Positions 26,679-36,185 of a stretch of DNA of 40,861 bases are shown in pieces. Numbering within the stretch: the first letter of the stretch is position 1; the number at the start of each line of letters is the position of its first letter. Origin of the DNA: a virus (lineage: Duplodnaviria > Caudoviricetes); IMG/VR virus record IMGVR_UViG_3300038321_000060, positions 1 to 40,861 of that record. The stretch is one strand, 5' to 3'. Below the pieces are notes generated by a model. That model had not been told where the DNA came from and made no database searches. It was given only the letters and a program-made list of their open reading frames with translations. The translations under genes and the position numbers were made by a program.

Positions 26679-28357
26679 ATTCCAAAATCCTCCAATCGTT
26701 TAATTGCCAAATCAATGTACCATTTTTTGTCTAATCTCAGCGGAACCTTATGATTATTGATATCCACGTTAGCAATGAAACATTTCTCTGGTGTATTAGC
26801 GAATTTTTCCGGGTTACTGTCCGGTGTTTTAACCTTATAAATTGTTCCGTCTTTATCATGTGTTGAAGCAAACACCCGAAAACATTTTTCATTCTGGATC
26901 TCGCCGTTATAAAGCGCATGAGAATACTTACTGCTGACTTTTACAATCTTCTGGAACTTTCTCAATTCGTTACATTGTGAAACAGTTTCCTCCGGTGGTG
27001 TAGTGTTTAATAAATACTCAATGACCGCTTCATTGACGATCGGCAAGTCATAATCTAAACTATCTAATTTCTTAACATAACCGCCTTTAGACTTATACCC
27101 GCCGTTAAAATCAACAATGACATAATTATTAACATCTTTTTGAAACACCTTCCGGTAAGAATCAAACTCTAAAACCATCCTGGTTCGTTTTTCCCACTCA
27201 TAACAAATATCATCAATCAGATCAAAATCTTCCTCCTGGTGGAGTTTAACCAGTAGGCCATCGGTGTTGGATTGAATTAACTGACAATGATCTTCAAGTT
27301 TTTCAATCAGATCCAACAATAGGAGTTGACCGCCGACACAAACATTATTCGCCTGTCTTGGATCATAAAGTTGGTTGAACTTATCTTTCATTGCTCCATA
27401 AGTGCCATTCAGAACGATTTTAAGCGGTTCATTTCTTGGATCTTTTTGTGCTTTTAGTTCTAACCGCCTATCTCTGATCTCTTTATACTTTGTAGGTTGT
27501 GATATGTTTCTACTTAGATAACCGTATTCAATCATTAAGGCCGGGTAATAACTGGCCACGTCAATATTAACAAAATAACCTTCCCCATGGTATTTATCGA
27601 TGGCCCCATGAATCCCACCCCAACCAAACACATGATGAACCCCGGCAACATCTAATTCTAACCGCTTGGAATAGTCTCGGTTCTCTGGGTTCTTGTACCA
27701 GTTCAGAACTTCCTTATACTTTTTGATGTTCAAGGTGTCCGGGAACTGAATTTCAAATTCATCATTCCGGTCTTGTTTTCTTGCTTCCAAAATAATCGCT
27801 GAAAGTTGTGCTTTGGTTTTTCCCAAATAAGACAACGGGAGTTTAAACATTTTTATCAATCCCATATGACTTTCAAATTCTGCTTTGCGCTGGATAAATA
27901 CCTCAATAGTCTGTTCAACATCGTGCCTACAATACTTGACGGTTTCATCTAGTTCTTCGGGAGTTAATTTCCGGTCAATATTAAATGGTACTGAAGATTC
28001 TTGAATACTGTTGCCCATAAACCCCTCTAGCTGCTTCAAACCATGAAAAGAGGTCATCACATCGTAAGCGTTTAGAGGTATTTTGTTTAGCAAGTTGGAA
28101 AACTGCCATCCTGGTTTGCCCTGTGCAATCATAAAATCATTGATCTCTTTGGGATTGAACCCGCAAAGGATGGCTTTTAAAATATATTGGTCGTATCTTC
28201 TTACGTTATAACCGACCCAAATATCGTTTTTATGTGCGTGATAATAGGTGTTAAGTCTTTCAGGATTATTTATAATTACTTCTTCCCGTTTATTTATCAT
28301 GTCGATTGCTACAACCAACCAATCATGGGAAAAAACTTCAAAGTCAAAGAAAATCAT
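26666..28357 (-). CDS. Family B-like DNA polymerase with 3'-5' exonuclease
   Basis: Exo DFE, GYN...YD, YC.HD; polymerase DVASYYP, K..LN..YG, NTDG. Confidence 0.88.
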   Translation of the reverse strand: MIFFDFEVFSHDWLVVAIDMINKREEVIINNPERLNTYYHAHKNDIWVGYNVRRYDQYILKAILCGFNPKEINDFMIAQGKPGWQFSNLLNKIPLNAYDVMTSFHGLKQLEGFMGNSIQESSVPFNIDRKLTPEELDETVKYCRHDVEQTIEVFIQRKAEFESHMGLIKMFKLPLSYLGKTKAQLSAIILEARKQDRNDEFEIQFPDTLNIKKYKEVLNWYKNPENRDYSKRLELDVAGVHHVFGWGGIHGAIDKYHGEGYFVNIDVASYYPALMIEYGYLSRNISQPTKYKEIRDRRLELKAQKDPRNEPLKIVLNGTYGAMKDKFNQLYDPRQANNVCVGGQLLLLDLIEKLEDHCQLIQSNTDGLLVKLHQEEDFDLIDDICYEWEKRTRMVLEFDSYRKVFQKDVNNYVIVDFNGGYKSKGGYVKKLDSLDYDLPIVNEAVIEYLLNTTPPEETVSQCNELRKFQKIVKVSSKYSHALYNGEIQNEKCFRVFASTHDKDGTIYKVKTPDSNPEKFANTPEKCFIANVDINNHKVPLRLDKKWYIDLAIKRLEDFGICLK

Positions 28358-28363
28358 TATTTC

Positions 28364-28495
28364 TCACTCCTCAAAACAAACGTGGGAAACAAATTTATGA
28401 CCGCATTTCTTACAGGTTTTGATTTCTGTATATTTTTTATCACTCTCAAACGTATATCCACAATTCGGGCAAAGGTAAACGTATTTAGTTTTCAT
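28364..28495 (-). CDS. Zinc-ribbon protein (43 aa)
   Basis: Hand translation MKTKYVYLCPNCGYTF...CKKCGHKF...; RBS AAGGAGG; ATGA overlap. Confidence 0.7.
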   Translation of the reverse strand: MKTKYVYLCPNCGYTFESDKKYTEIKTCKKCGHKFVSHVCFEE

Positions 28496-28758
28496 CTGGT
28501 TTTCCTCCTTCTCACCGGACATCTATAAATTCCTGAGCCGTAACGTCGCAATACTTCATTTCTTAACATCTTATTTCGATTAAATATTTCTTGATATTCT
28601 AAAGACAAAGGATCGGATTTTCCCATAATTTCAGAATGAGGTTCAAAAGCTCTTTCGTCAAATATTAATTCATTAAGGCAGTTAATCCATTTTTTCCACA
28701 ATCTATCTAGTTCCCGATTGATTTCGCTTGGTGACATTTGCCCGGGATCTTTTTTCAT
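28492..28758 (-). CDS. Hypothetical protein
   Basis: ORF track; strong RBS AAGGAGG. Confidence 0.7.
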   Translation of the reverse strand: MKKDPGQMSPSEINRELDRLWKKWINCLNELIFDERAFEPHSEIMGKSDPLSLEYQEIFNRNKMLRNEVLRRYGSGIYRCPVRRRKTR

Positions 28759-28777
28759 GATTTTACCCCCTCCTTTT

Positions 28778-28811
28778 CAAAAATTAGGGATGGGGAATAA
28801 ACCCCATCCCC
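28778..28811 (-). terminator. Intrinsic terminator after SSB-like gene
   Basis: GGGATGGGG/CCCCATCCC stem followed by TAATTTTT on the minus strand. Confidence 0.6.
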
Positions 28812-28821
28812 ATTTAATTCA

Positions 28822-29271
28822 TTACACCTCGTAAACTTCAGTAATTTCATAGGTGCTGAATCCTTTTTTTCCTTCGCCATATTTCAATCCATATTCCGAC
28901 AACCCATCGATCGCTTCGTGAATATCCATGAGTAATTGCTCATACTGTGAATAACTCTCAAACTCAACATCAATTCCACTCTCTAACGATCGTAAGAACT
29001 CATTTGCAAGATGAATTTGGAACCCTTGGTTTACGACTTGATTGTAAAATATCAAGCTGCCTTTAAAATCACCCTCCAGAACTTTCATCCAGCAAGTGAC
29101 CATGGGATTACCAGATTTTGATTCAACCAATTCTAATTTCTCAATCTTCACTTCATATTGACCGTGAGGAACTTCTTTAAATGTACCGCCGTTTTCTTGT
29201 GCATCTTTAATATCTTCCTGTAATCCCGTTAGATCGATCGCCTTATCAAATTTTTCCCAATTAACCGCCAT
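28822..29271 (-). CDS. SSB-like OB-fold protein (DUF669)
   Basis: EVPHGQYEVKIEKLEL.ESK.G.PM..W.KVL.G; downstream of the Sak4-like ATPase. Confidence 0.75.
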   Translation of the reverse strand: MAVNWEKFDKAIDLTGLQEDIKDAQENGGTFKEVPHGQYEVKIEKLELVESKSGNPMVTCWMKVLEGDFKGSLIFYNQVVNQGFQIHLANEFLRSLESGIDVEFESYSQYEQLLMDIHEAIDGLSEYGLKYGEGKKGFSTYEITEVYEV

Positions 29272-29287
29272 TATTAAATTCCACCTT

Positions 29288-29641
29288 TCAAATTTGGTTA
29301 TTTATGATTGTGATAATCTCCGCAATTCTTTTGTACCAAGGTCTTAAGGTCGCTAGTTTATTCCTCCCCTCTTCCCGGTGAAATTCTGAAACCATGGTTC
29401 TACAAATATTTTCAATGTCTTGAAACGCTCGTGTATTAGATTCTAAGGACGATTCGTAAGAAGTAAGATCACTATTTGTTTCATCATTAGCTTCTTTAAT
29501 TTGGGATTCGTATTCCGCTACCAAGTTTTCAAAATACTTCTCTGCTTCAAAACCCATATGGTTCTCAATTAGTTGTTGAAATTGTTTTGTTTCTAATACA
29601 ATTTCGTTATCACCATTTTTCAAGCTAAGTACGGGCATCAT
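29288..29641 (-). CDS. Hypothetical coiled-coil protein
   Basis: ORF track; RBS GGAGG. Confidence 0.65.
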   Translation of the reverse strand: MMPVLSLKNGDNEIVLETKQFQQLIENHMGFEAEKYFENLVAEYESQIKEANDETNSDLTSYESSLESNTRAFQDIENICRTMVSEFHREEGRNKLATLRPWYKRIAEIITIINNQI

Positions 29642-29656
29642 CCACCTCCGCTTAAA

Positions 29657-31366
29657 TTAAAATGGTATGTCATCCAAGTTAATTTCTGTGGTATCCTTGC
29701 TCTCTTGGGTTTGGAGTGTACCTTCACCCCTCTTCTTCCGTGTTCTCGGTTTTGGTTCAGCTTCCTTAGTTTCGGGTTCTATTTCCTGAACTTTTTGGGC
29801 AGAAAAATCCTCTTTTATAACTTCTGAACCAGAATCCTCCGTTTCTGACTTAGTGTTTCTCCGTCTAGTAGCAGGTTTCTTTTCTTCTTTAATCTCTTCC
29901 TTCACCTCGCCACGGGTTTTGATACCGTCCTGGGCATCTTTCAAGGCTTGCAGAAACTCATCTTTATCCAAGGAAATCTTATCCATCTTAAACGCAAACC
30001 TACCACCACCGAAGATATTTTCTTTTTTCCCTAGTTGTAAATATCGTTCTTCGCCGTCCATGTACGCGCGAAAAGTGAGATCCACTGTACCGGCTAGGAC
30101 ATTAGCGACCTTGTCATTGATGTTTGGTTTAAAGGTTGTGATTTTGGAACCGCTTTTAAGGGTAATTTCGTTAATGGTTTCTTTGCTGATATAAATGATC
30201 TGGTAACCAAGGCTTTTTAATCGTTTAATTGCTGTTAAAAACTCGGTTCTAACCATGTCCCAACCCTTACCGTATCCGGCATCTGTTTCATGCTGAATTC
30301 CCAATTTGTCATAGGTGTATAACCGGCAGTGTTCATACAGATCTTCGACCAAGTCAAGACAAACCCGCTTAAAGTTGTTTTCTTTCTTCTCCAATTCTTG
30401 AATAACTTCTAAAAACACGTTCCAAGCAAATTTTCTTTTAGTCATTCTACCTTCAACGGTCACCACATCGGCAATCCTAATCACCGGTGAAGTCGTGTTA
30501 TCGGTGTTTCCGTCCGTATTGATGAAAAGCAAATCATCAAACTGATCCGCGAAAGTTGATTTCCCCACATAGGAGTCCGCATAAATCCACATATCAGGGT
30601 TGACATCAATTAATTTTTCTCTTCTTTCATTTTTGGGTAACAACATATAATCCACTCCTTTTTCACAATAATCTTTGAATTCACACCATCCACATAAATA
30701 AGATGGTTCTTTCGGAAATTCTTTAGTTTCCAGAATTCGCTTAACTTCTCGGTAGTACTCAATGATTTTGTTAGGATCATATCCAATTGGTACAAGTTTG
30801 ACTTCAGATTGTTCTAGTTCTTTTTTAATCCTGTTCCGAAATACCATAAGTTCTTCTGTCTTTTTTTGCTTGATGTTGACTTTTGGAATGAACAAGAAAT
30901 ATAGATCCCTGACTGTTTTTCCAGTTTGTTTCTCAAAATAATACTTGTATAAGTGTAGCTGGTTAGATTCTAAGTAGTTTTTGATATTGTTTGAATACTT
31001 AAAATCACAAATATCAAAGGTTCCATCTTCATTTTCAACCAGCAGATCAATGAATCCGATAAAATCGGGATCTGTTAACTTGTATTCAAATTTCCCCTCT
31101 GGAATCATTTCTCTAAGTTTTGGGATCAAATATTCAAACTTGATTGCTTCGTTTACTTGTAGGTCATTAATGATTGGAAAATTGTCGTAGTAATACTTAA
31201 TGGCCTCTTCAATGCCCTTTTCAAGTCCTAACCCCATTGTTCTCCCGATAATTAGTGGATTGTTTGCGTCTGTCGGCGGTATAGTTTTTAGTTTATCAAT
31301 GTATCGCATTTTATACTTGTGTGGGCAAGTTTCAAAGAGTTCAATTCTGGAATGTGAGAACTGCAA
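29657..31366 (-). CDS. Cas4/AddB-like PD-(D/E)XK nuclease fused to AAA_24 (Sak4-like) ATPase
   Basis: FSHSRI..F..CP, GFIDL, DFK, QL.LY, CGWC.....C; second half GKST, INTDGN, YGKGW. Confidence 0.8.
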   Translation of the reverse strand: MQFSHSRIELFETCPHKYKMRYIDKLKTIPPTDANNPLIIGRTMGLGLEKGIEEAIKYYYDNFPIINDLQVNEAIKFEYLIPKLREMIPEGKFEYKLTDPDFIGFIDLLVENEDGTFDICDFKYSNNIKNYLESNQLHLYKYYFEKQTGKTVRDLYFLFIPKVNIKQKKTEELMVFRNRIKKELEQSEVKLVPIGYDPNKIIEYYREVKRILETKEFPKEPSYLCGWCEFKDYCEKGVDYMLLPKNERREKLIDVNPDMWIYADSYVGKSTFADQFDDLLFINTDGNTDNTTSPVIRIADVVTVEGRMTKRKFAWNVFLEVIQELEKKENNFKRVCLDLVEDLYEHCRLYTYDKLGIQHETDAGYGKGWDMVRTEFLTAIKRLKSLGYQIIYISKETINEITLKSGSKITTFKPNINDKVANVLAGTVDLTFRAYMDGEERYLQLGKKENIFGGGRFAFKMDKISLDKDEFLQALKDAQDGIKTRGEVKEEIKEEKKPATRRRNTKSETEDSGSEVIKEDFSAQKVQEIEPETKEAEPKPRTRKKRGEGTLQTQESKDTTEINLDDIPF

Positions 31367-31668
31367 CGTAACACCCCCCTTACTATTTTCTTGAACTGGT
31401 CAAAACCTTCCGGGTAGAGAAGTATTCCAAAACCATTGGCAATATTAGTTAGTCTGAGGTTGTATTTTTGCAACTCCGAAGGTTGACCAGTGGAAGATTT
31501 AAGTTCTACCTCAAAATAAATCCCATTAATACAAGCGATCAGATCTGGAATACCGGCTTTTTGGTATTTACCACCTCCCCAAATTTTAGTGAATTTAATT
31601 GGGTGACCATTGTTTTTTAGTTCTTGTAAGTGAGACTTTACTTTGTTAGTGAATTGTTTTTCGGTCAT
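31288..31668 (-). CDS. VRR-NUC domain nuclease (putative Holliday junction resolvase)
   Basis: EK....., GIPDLI.CING..FEVELK...G.PSELQ motif. Confidence 0.85.
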   Translation of the reverse strand: MTEKQFTNKVKSHLQELKNNGHPIKFTKIWGGGKYQKAGIPDLIACINGIYFEVELKSSTGQPSELQKYNLRLTNIANGFGILLYPEGFDQFKKIVRGVLRCSSHIPELNSLKLAHTSIKCDTLIN

Positions 31669-31671
31669 TGT

Positions 31672-31842
31672 TTAACTTACAATATAGCAACCGTTATTTT
31701 CTTCTTCATCAGAATTTATAAGTTGGAAAACATCTGTAATTGCATATGCGTTTGAAAACGGATCACAACCAGTACCTAAAACACATACATCCATGTCTGG
31801 ATCTGCCTTTTGCAATTTTTCAATCAATTCCCCAACCGTCAT
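31672..31842 (-). CDS. Hypothetical protein (56 aa)
   Basis: Hand translation MTVGELIEKLQKADPDMDV...; RBS AAAGGAG. Confidence 0.7.
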   Translation of the reverse strand: MTVGELIEKLQKADPDMDVCVLGTGCDPFSNAYAITDVFQLINSDEEENNGCYIVS

Positions 31843-31843
31843 A

Positions 31844-32293
31844 TTATTCATCTCCTTTCATTGTAATTTTCACATAAGCTGATCTTTTAGATTCCTTCGA
31901 GCACTCTTCAGCAATATCAGGATATTTTTGTTTTAATTTTTTTGAATCAATGCTGTTTGCTGTAGTTGCTGCAACATATGTAATATTCAGGATGTCACTT
32001 TCAAATTTCTTGATGTTATAAAACTCCATCGCTTCTTTGAGTTGTCTTTTAAGCTCGTTTTCCCGTTCCTCTAAAGTTTTTTTCGCTATAATGAGATCTG
32101 ATATTTTTTGGATAACTCCAGATTGCTGTTGCTCAAATAATTCTAATCCGGTTTCTTCTGATTCGACAATTGCATCTTCGCAAATACTCGGATCTAATAC
32201 ACAAGCTTCTTCACAAGTTTTATTTTCTTCACAAGCACTACAACAAAGATTATCATGTTTAGCTAATGGACAAGGGTTTTTACATTTGATCAT
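31844..32293 (-). CDS. Hypothetical protein with Cys-rich N-terminus and coiled coil
   Basis: ORF track; C-terminal IDSKKLK..YPDIAEECSK motif; RBS GGAGG. Confidence 0.7.
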   Translation of the reverse strand: MIKCKNPCPLAKHDNLCCSACEENKTCEEACVLDPSICEDAIVESEETGLELFEQQQSGVIQKISDLIIAKKTLEERENELKRQLKEAMEFYNIKKFESDILNITYVAATTANSIDSKKLKQKYPDIAEECSKESKRSAYVKITMKGDE

Positions 32294-32481
32294 TCGTTTT
32301 CACCTCCCTTCAAAATTTCTTTCAATCCAAAAACTAAATCCCAAATTATCAATGGGAACACCGGGAGAAAAATTTCCCCACCAATCGCAAAATAACCACG
32401 TTGAACCATTATGACCGGGATTAGTAACGCCCCTATAACCGATAAAATTATTTTAACTGTCAAACTCTTGGAACAATGCAT
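32290..32481 (-). CDS. Small membrane protein
   Basis: RGYFAIGGE motif between two hydrophobic helices. Confidence 0.65.
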   Translation of the reverse strand: MHCSKSLTVKIILSVIGALLIPVIMVQRGYFAIGGEIFLPVFPLIIWDLVFGLKEILKGGENE

Positions 32482-33724
32482 CTGTGTAATTTTCCCCCCT
32501 TTCAGTTGCTGACAAAATATCTTCTTCGACCGATCCTTGACAAATCAAACGGTAATAAAAACATTTGTCATTTTCCTGACCAATTCTATGAATTCTTTCT
32601 GGTGATTGCATAAATTGTTCGCATGATTCTGTTGGACTATAAAATATCATTTTGTTAGCTTTTTGAAGATCTAATCCCATTGAACCTGCCCGGTATTGTA
32701 TAAATGTTATTGAATCGGAGAACTGATGGTAAGCGGTTAAATCTTTAATTGATCCATTAACAACTGATATTGGTCGATCCTTAACTAACTCTGATAATCT
32801 CCTGAACTCTTCTTTAAAATTGTAGAAAACAATTAACCGATCTTCAGTAGAATCAACCAGATCCTTGAACGCTTCCAGTTTGTCCTGATTATAATGACCG
32901 CAAAGCATCCGGGCATATAACCGCTTGGTTAATGGTGTATCACCGACCAGTTCCCGATCGTCAATAGTAATAATCCTTGACTTCATAAACTTCCGGTATT
33001 CCTTACTAGTGGGAACCATAATTTTAGTAAATATTTGTTCTGGTAGATCAAGAACTTCTTCCGACTTCAAGAACACCGCCCCATACTGTCTCAACTTAGC
33101 CTTCAGCCGGTCAACGTTCTTGTAACCGTTGATCTTCTTTCGGAAGAACCCATCATCTTCCACCCACTCCCAATCTACATAATGGTTCCAGAACAATTTT
33201 TCGCTGATGTTCCAACCTAAAAGATGGATCTGGGTAAGGAGTTTTTCATACTTTCCGGCGGTCGGTGTACCGGAAAGAAGTATTAAATTTTCATGGTTCA
33301 ACCGGGTAATGAATTTAGCTCGTTTCGTCTGTTCATTTTGGATTAGTGATGATTCGTCCAACATCAGGGTTCCGATTGGGATAGTGGTAAGTTGTTTTCT
33401 TCGAAAGGTTAATTCGTAGTTGATGATGCAGATCATTGGTACGGTTTCAGTCCATGGGATCGATATTCTATCCACGAAGTTTAAAAAATCTTTTTTATTA
33501 GTTAGATTAAAAACCGCCACACTATAATAAGTTTCAAAGTGATTAATCCAATCGTCCACCTTTGACTTCTGGCAAATTAATAGATTAACCGGCGTTTTTA
33601 GTTGTATTAATTTCTCTCCACCAACAAAAGTTTTACCTAATCCCATGTCCCAATAGTAGGCGACCCGGTTAAGATGTTCAGTGTCTTTTAATCCTTGCTC
33701 TTGGTGGGGATAAAATTTAATCAT
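32453..33724 (-). CDS. SNF2-like SF2 helicase
   Basis: DMGLGKT, LDESS, LSGTP, GLDLQ, RIHRIGQ. Confidence 0.9.
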   Translation of the reverse strand: MIKFYPHQEQGLKDTEHLNRVAYYWDMGLGKTFVGGEKLIQLKTPVNLLICQKSKVDDWINHFETYYSVAVFNLTNKKDFLNFVDRISIPWTETVPMICIINYELTFRRKQLTTIPIGTLMLDESSLIQNEQTKRAKFITRLNHENLILLSGTPTAGKYEKLLTQIHLLGWNISEKLFWNHYVDWEWVEDDGFFRKKINGYKNVDRLKAKLRQYGAVFLKSEEVLDLPEQIFTKIMVPTSKEYRKFMKSRIITIDDRELVGDTPLTKRLYARMLCGHYNQDKLEAFKDLVDSTEDRLIVFYNFKEEFRRLSELVKDRPISVVNGSIKDLTAYHQFSDSITFIQYRAGSMGLDLQKANKMIFYSPTESCEQFMQSPERIHRIGQENDKCFYYRLICQGSVEEDILSATERGENYTDALFQEFDS

Positions 33725-33879
33725 TTAATATCTCTAATATCAATTCTTATAATTGTTCCGCAGGAATACACCGTAATGTTCACATTAGGAATATCTACCC
33801 TTTTAGCAACTCCACCATGGATCATTCCAACCGCTTCCATTACTTTGTCCCAGGGAATTACATAATTACCCCCTAACAC
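33721..33879 (-). CDS. Hypothetical protein (52 aa)
   Basis: Hand translation MLGGNYVIPWDKV...VYSCGTIIRIDIRDIK; ATGA overlap with helicase. Confidence 0.6.
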   Translation of the reverse strand: MLGGNYVIPWDKVMEAVGMIHGGVAKRVDIPNVNITVYSCGTIIRIDIRDIK

Positions 33880-33882
33880 CTC

Positions 33883-34098
33883 TCACCCCACCCCTTTCAA
33901 ATCCTTAATGTTCTTTGGATCTGTTAAATCTTTACCCTCATATTTGGCTAAAAATTCTTCTAACGATACCTTTCTGACTTTATAACTCCCCAATTTCAGC
34001 ACTGGGAGTAAACCGGTTTTAATCAATTCATATACATAAGCCGGGTTAGTTTTAATCAGTTTGGCTACTTCCGGGACAGTGTAGAGTACATCTTCCAT
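33883..34098 (-). CDS. xis: Excisionase-family HTH protein
   Basis: LYTV.EVAKL.K.....VYELI..G.LP..KLG..KV (HTH_17 pattern). Confidence 0.8.
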   Translation of the reverse strand: MEDVLYTVPEVAKLIKTNPAYVYELIKTGLLPVLKLGSYKVRKVSLEEFLAKYEGKDLTDPKNIKDLKGVG

Positions 34099-34202
34099 TA
34101 TTTCATCCCCGATCGCTCATCGTACTCTCCCGCCACCCGGCAGGAGCAATACAACATTACAATAACTACTATTGTCAATATGATTATTGCTATTTTCAAC
34201 AT
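34098..34202 (-). CDS. Small membrane peptide (34 aa)
   Basis: Hand translation MLKIAIIILTIVVIVMLYCSCRVAGEYDERSGMK; RBS GAGGTG; TAATG overlap. Confidence 0.6.
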   Translation of the reverse strand: MLKIAIIILTIVVIVMLYCSCRVAGEYDERSGMK

Positions 34203-34216
34203 TAAACACCACCTCT

Positions 34217-34450
34217 TTACATAAGTTCAGGGAACTGAACTTCGGGAGTAAAAAAATACATAGGGATCTCTTCTTTTGGGATTCTCAACAATTTAACAGC
34301 CTTTTCGATTTCTTTTTGAGTGAACTCCACTTTGTTATTTACTTTGTCAGACAGTGAATTTTTAGACATTTCCATTGCTCTTGCAAACTTATACTCCGTC
34401 CCAAAAATTTCCCTGATTTTACCCCGTAGTTTGTTGTAGTTAAAACCCAT
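34217..34450 (-). CDS. Cro-like XRE regulator (DUF739)
   Basis: FNY.KLRGKI.E.FGT...FA.AM.....S.K.NN..EFTQ.EI...YFF. Confidence 0.85.
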   Translation of the reverse strand: MGFNYNKLRGKIREIFGTEYKFARAMEMSKNSLSDKVNNKVEFTQKEIEKAVKLLRIPKEEIPMYFFTPEVQFPELM

Positions 34451-34469
34451 TATTTACCCACCCTTCTTT

Positions 34470-34685
34470 TTAAATCTGATACCCATCTGGATATTTAGTT
34501 TTTAATGGTCTGTAAGATTCATTTGCTGTTTTCCCACATCGTTCACATTTCATTTTGGGAATTACCGTTTCATGAAAATAGGAATCATCATAACCACATT
34601 CTTGTTTTTCATAACCACAATGTTCACACTCATAAGTTGCTGTAAAATCTCTCCGATGTTTAGTTAATATCTTTTTAATTTTTAT
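34470..34685 (-). CDS. Zn-finger hypothetical protein (71 aa), probable ATA start
   Basis: Hand translation (M)KIKKILTKHRRDFTATYECEHCG...GYDDSYFH..VIP.MKCERCGK; RBS GGGGGTG 8 nt upstream; no in-frame ATG/GTG/TTG near the start. Confidence 0.7.
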   Translation of the reverse strand: MKIKKILTKHRRDFTATYECEHCGYEKQECGYDDSYFHETVIPKMKCERCGKTANESYRPLKTKYPDGYQI

Positions 34686-34690
34686 CTTAT

Positions 34691-35689
34691 TTACACCCCC
34701 TCAATCACTTTTAATAACCTATGTTTTGGAATATTTACATCCCCCCCGCCTTGTGTAATAGTAACCGCCGGAACCCCATCAACCTTTAATTTTGTTAACC
34801 AGTCCCTGAATTTAATGCACTGGTCGAGAGGTATTCCGGTGAGTTCCATGATTCGCGGATTACCATTAAGTTTTCCAGTCTCCCGGATTGCCGCATCAAC
34901 ATATGTAATTAATGCGTTTTTATCGTCATTAATTTCTGGTAACAAATTTGTTTCATTATTATATACATCGGCATTAATTTCTATTTTTTCAGAGGGCAAA
35001 TCTTCAGAAGTAATAATCATAATCAAACAAATCCCTGCCGCAAAAAACCCATAGATCCAAGCTAACATAGTCCCCAGCGGTATTCCCAACGCTTCCGCTA
35101 CCGCGCGGGAAGGGTTTTTCTCTATAACTTCATCGGTTTTGGTTAAGACCATGCTGTTAAGTAAGATGCCCCGTTCCGCTTTTTTCGCTTCAATTTTGGC
35201 TTCCAACTCTGCAGATTTAGACCGATAACTAGTTTCAACTTCCACATCTAATGCTTTAGTGAGTATACCAATGGCATCATTTAGTTCTTTGAGTTCGATC
35301 ATTTTTTGGTTTTCCGATGATTCCGCTTGAATTGCAATTTGATCTTGGATCGAAATTTCAGATATAAAAAACCCCGCCATTGTTGCAATGTTATAACACA
35401 TATACCCACCGTAAAAAATTAATAATAGCAACGCGCCCAAGACACGATGCCACCCGCGCCAACCCAACATGAAACCCGCTTTTAGCTCTGTTCTAGCCAA
35501 AGCCAAATCATACTTCATACCCAGTTCAAAAAACACCGCGCACATCGTTGTTATTATTCTCGGGAACAGTAATTTCGAGTTAAACCACAAAAAATATACA
35601 CTAAGAAAAATCGAAAGGGTTAAAAATACAGTGTTTGTCCCACGTTTTAAGGTCATTTTTTTGAAATAATTTTTAAGACCTCGAATCAT
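34691..35689 (-). CDS. Multi-pass membrane protein with coiled coil and soluble C-terminal domain
   Basis: Three N-terminal hydrophobic segments, a charged helical region, a fourth hydrophobic segment. Confidence 0.7.
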   Translation of the reverse strand: MIRGLKNYFKKMTLKRGTNTVFLTLSIFLSVYFLWFNSKLLFPRIITTMCAVFFELGMKYDLALARTELKAGFMLGWRGWHRVLGALLLLIFYGGYMCYNIATMAGFFISEISIQDQIAIQAESSENQKMIELKELNDAIGILTKALDVEVETSYRSKSAELEAKIEAKKAERGILLNSMVLTKTDEVIEKNPSRAVAEALGIPLGTMLAWIYGFFAAGICLIMIITSEDLPSEKIEINADVYNNETNLLPEINDDKNALITYVDAAIRETGKLNGNPRIMELTGIPLDQCIKFRDWLTKLKVDGVPAVTITQGGGDVNIPKHRLLKVIEGV

Positions 35690-35695
35690 TTTGCA

Positions 35696-35830
35696 TCATC
35701 CCCTTAACGCCATGATCCCCATTCCACAAAGAAACAGATGCCAAATTAGTTTTAAATAATTCTTTTGTAGTCCATACCATATCGCCACTAATCCGTTAGT
35801 TAACATTAAGTTTATGATTAAAAGTTTCAC
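35696..35830 (-). CDS. Small hydrophobic peptide (44 aa)
   Basis: Hand translation MKLLIINLMLTNGLVAIWYGLQKNYLKLIWHLFLCGMGIMALRG; RBS AGGGG 8 nt before GTG. Confidence 0.55.
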   Translation of the reverse strand: MKLLIINLMLTNGLVAIWYGLQKNYLKLIWHLFLCGMGIMALRG

Positions 35831-35987
35831 CCACATATCCCCTAATTATAATTGGGGGTTAAGCAGACCCCCACTGCTTACGAGTGTTTGTAATGGGCTT
35901 TCCCCATCTAGTACATTTCCATCATCTCCTTTAGGAGGTAAATTTTATAAATATATTTTGCTGGTAGGCCGGATTCCCCACTCGATC

Positions 35988-36185
35988 TTAGTGCTCATCG
36001 CTCGTCCCCCCATCAACCAATTTTAGCGGACAATCTTTTCTCTTACCCTCGCTAGGGGTGAATACTGGCCGGTGGTGATTTCTGCTGGATAATATGTCGC
36101 AAATATCACCCACTTTGTAAAACGGGCATCCCCCGCCACGGCACATTTCGGGCATTTTATCTAACTCTAATATCGCTTTAGGCAT
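35988..36185 (-). CDS. Small Cys-rich hypothetical protein
   Basis: MP..C...CPF...C...CPL pattern; RBS GAGGTG. Confidence 0.7.
   Translation of the reverse strand: MPKAILELDKMPEMCRGGGCPFYKVGDICDILSSRNHHRPVFTPSEGKRKDCPLKLVDGGTSDEH

Noticed and set aside
18611-28357. Inteins in terminase, primase or polymerase
   Set aside because: Lengths are ordinary and no C/S...HN splice motifs or LAGLIDADG blocks were noticed.
29657-31366. Cas4 as evidence of a CRISPR-Cas system
   Set aside because: It is fused to a Sak4-like ATPase in a phage recombination module; no cas1/cas2 or array.
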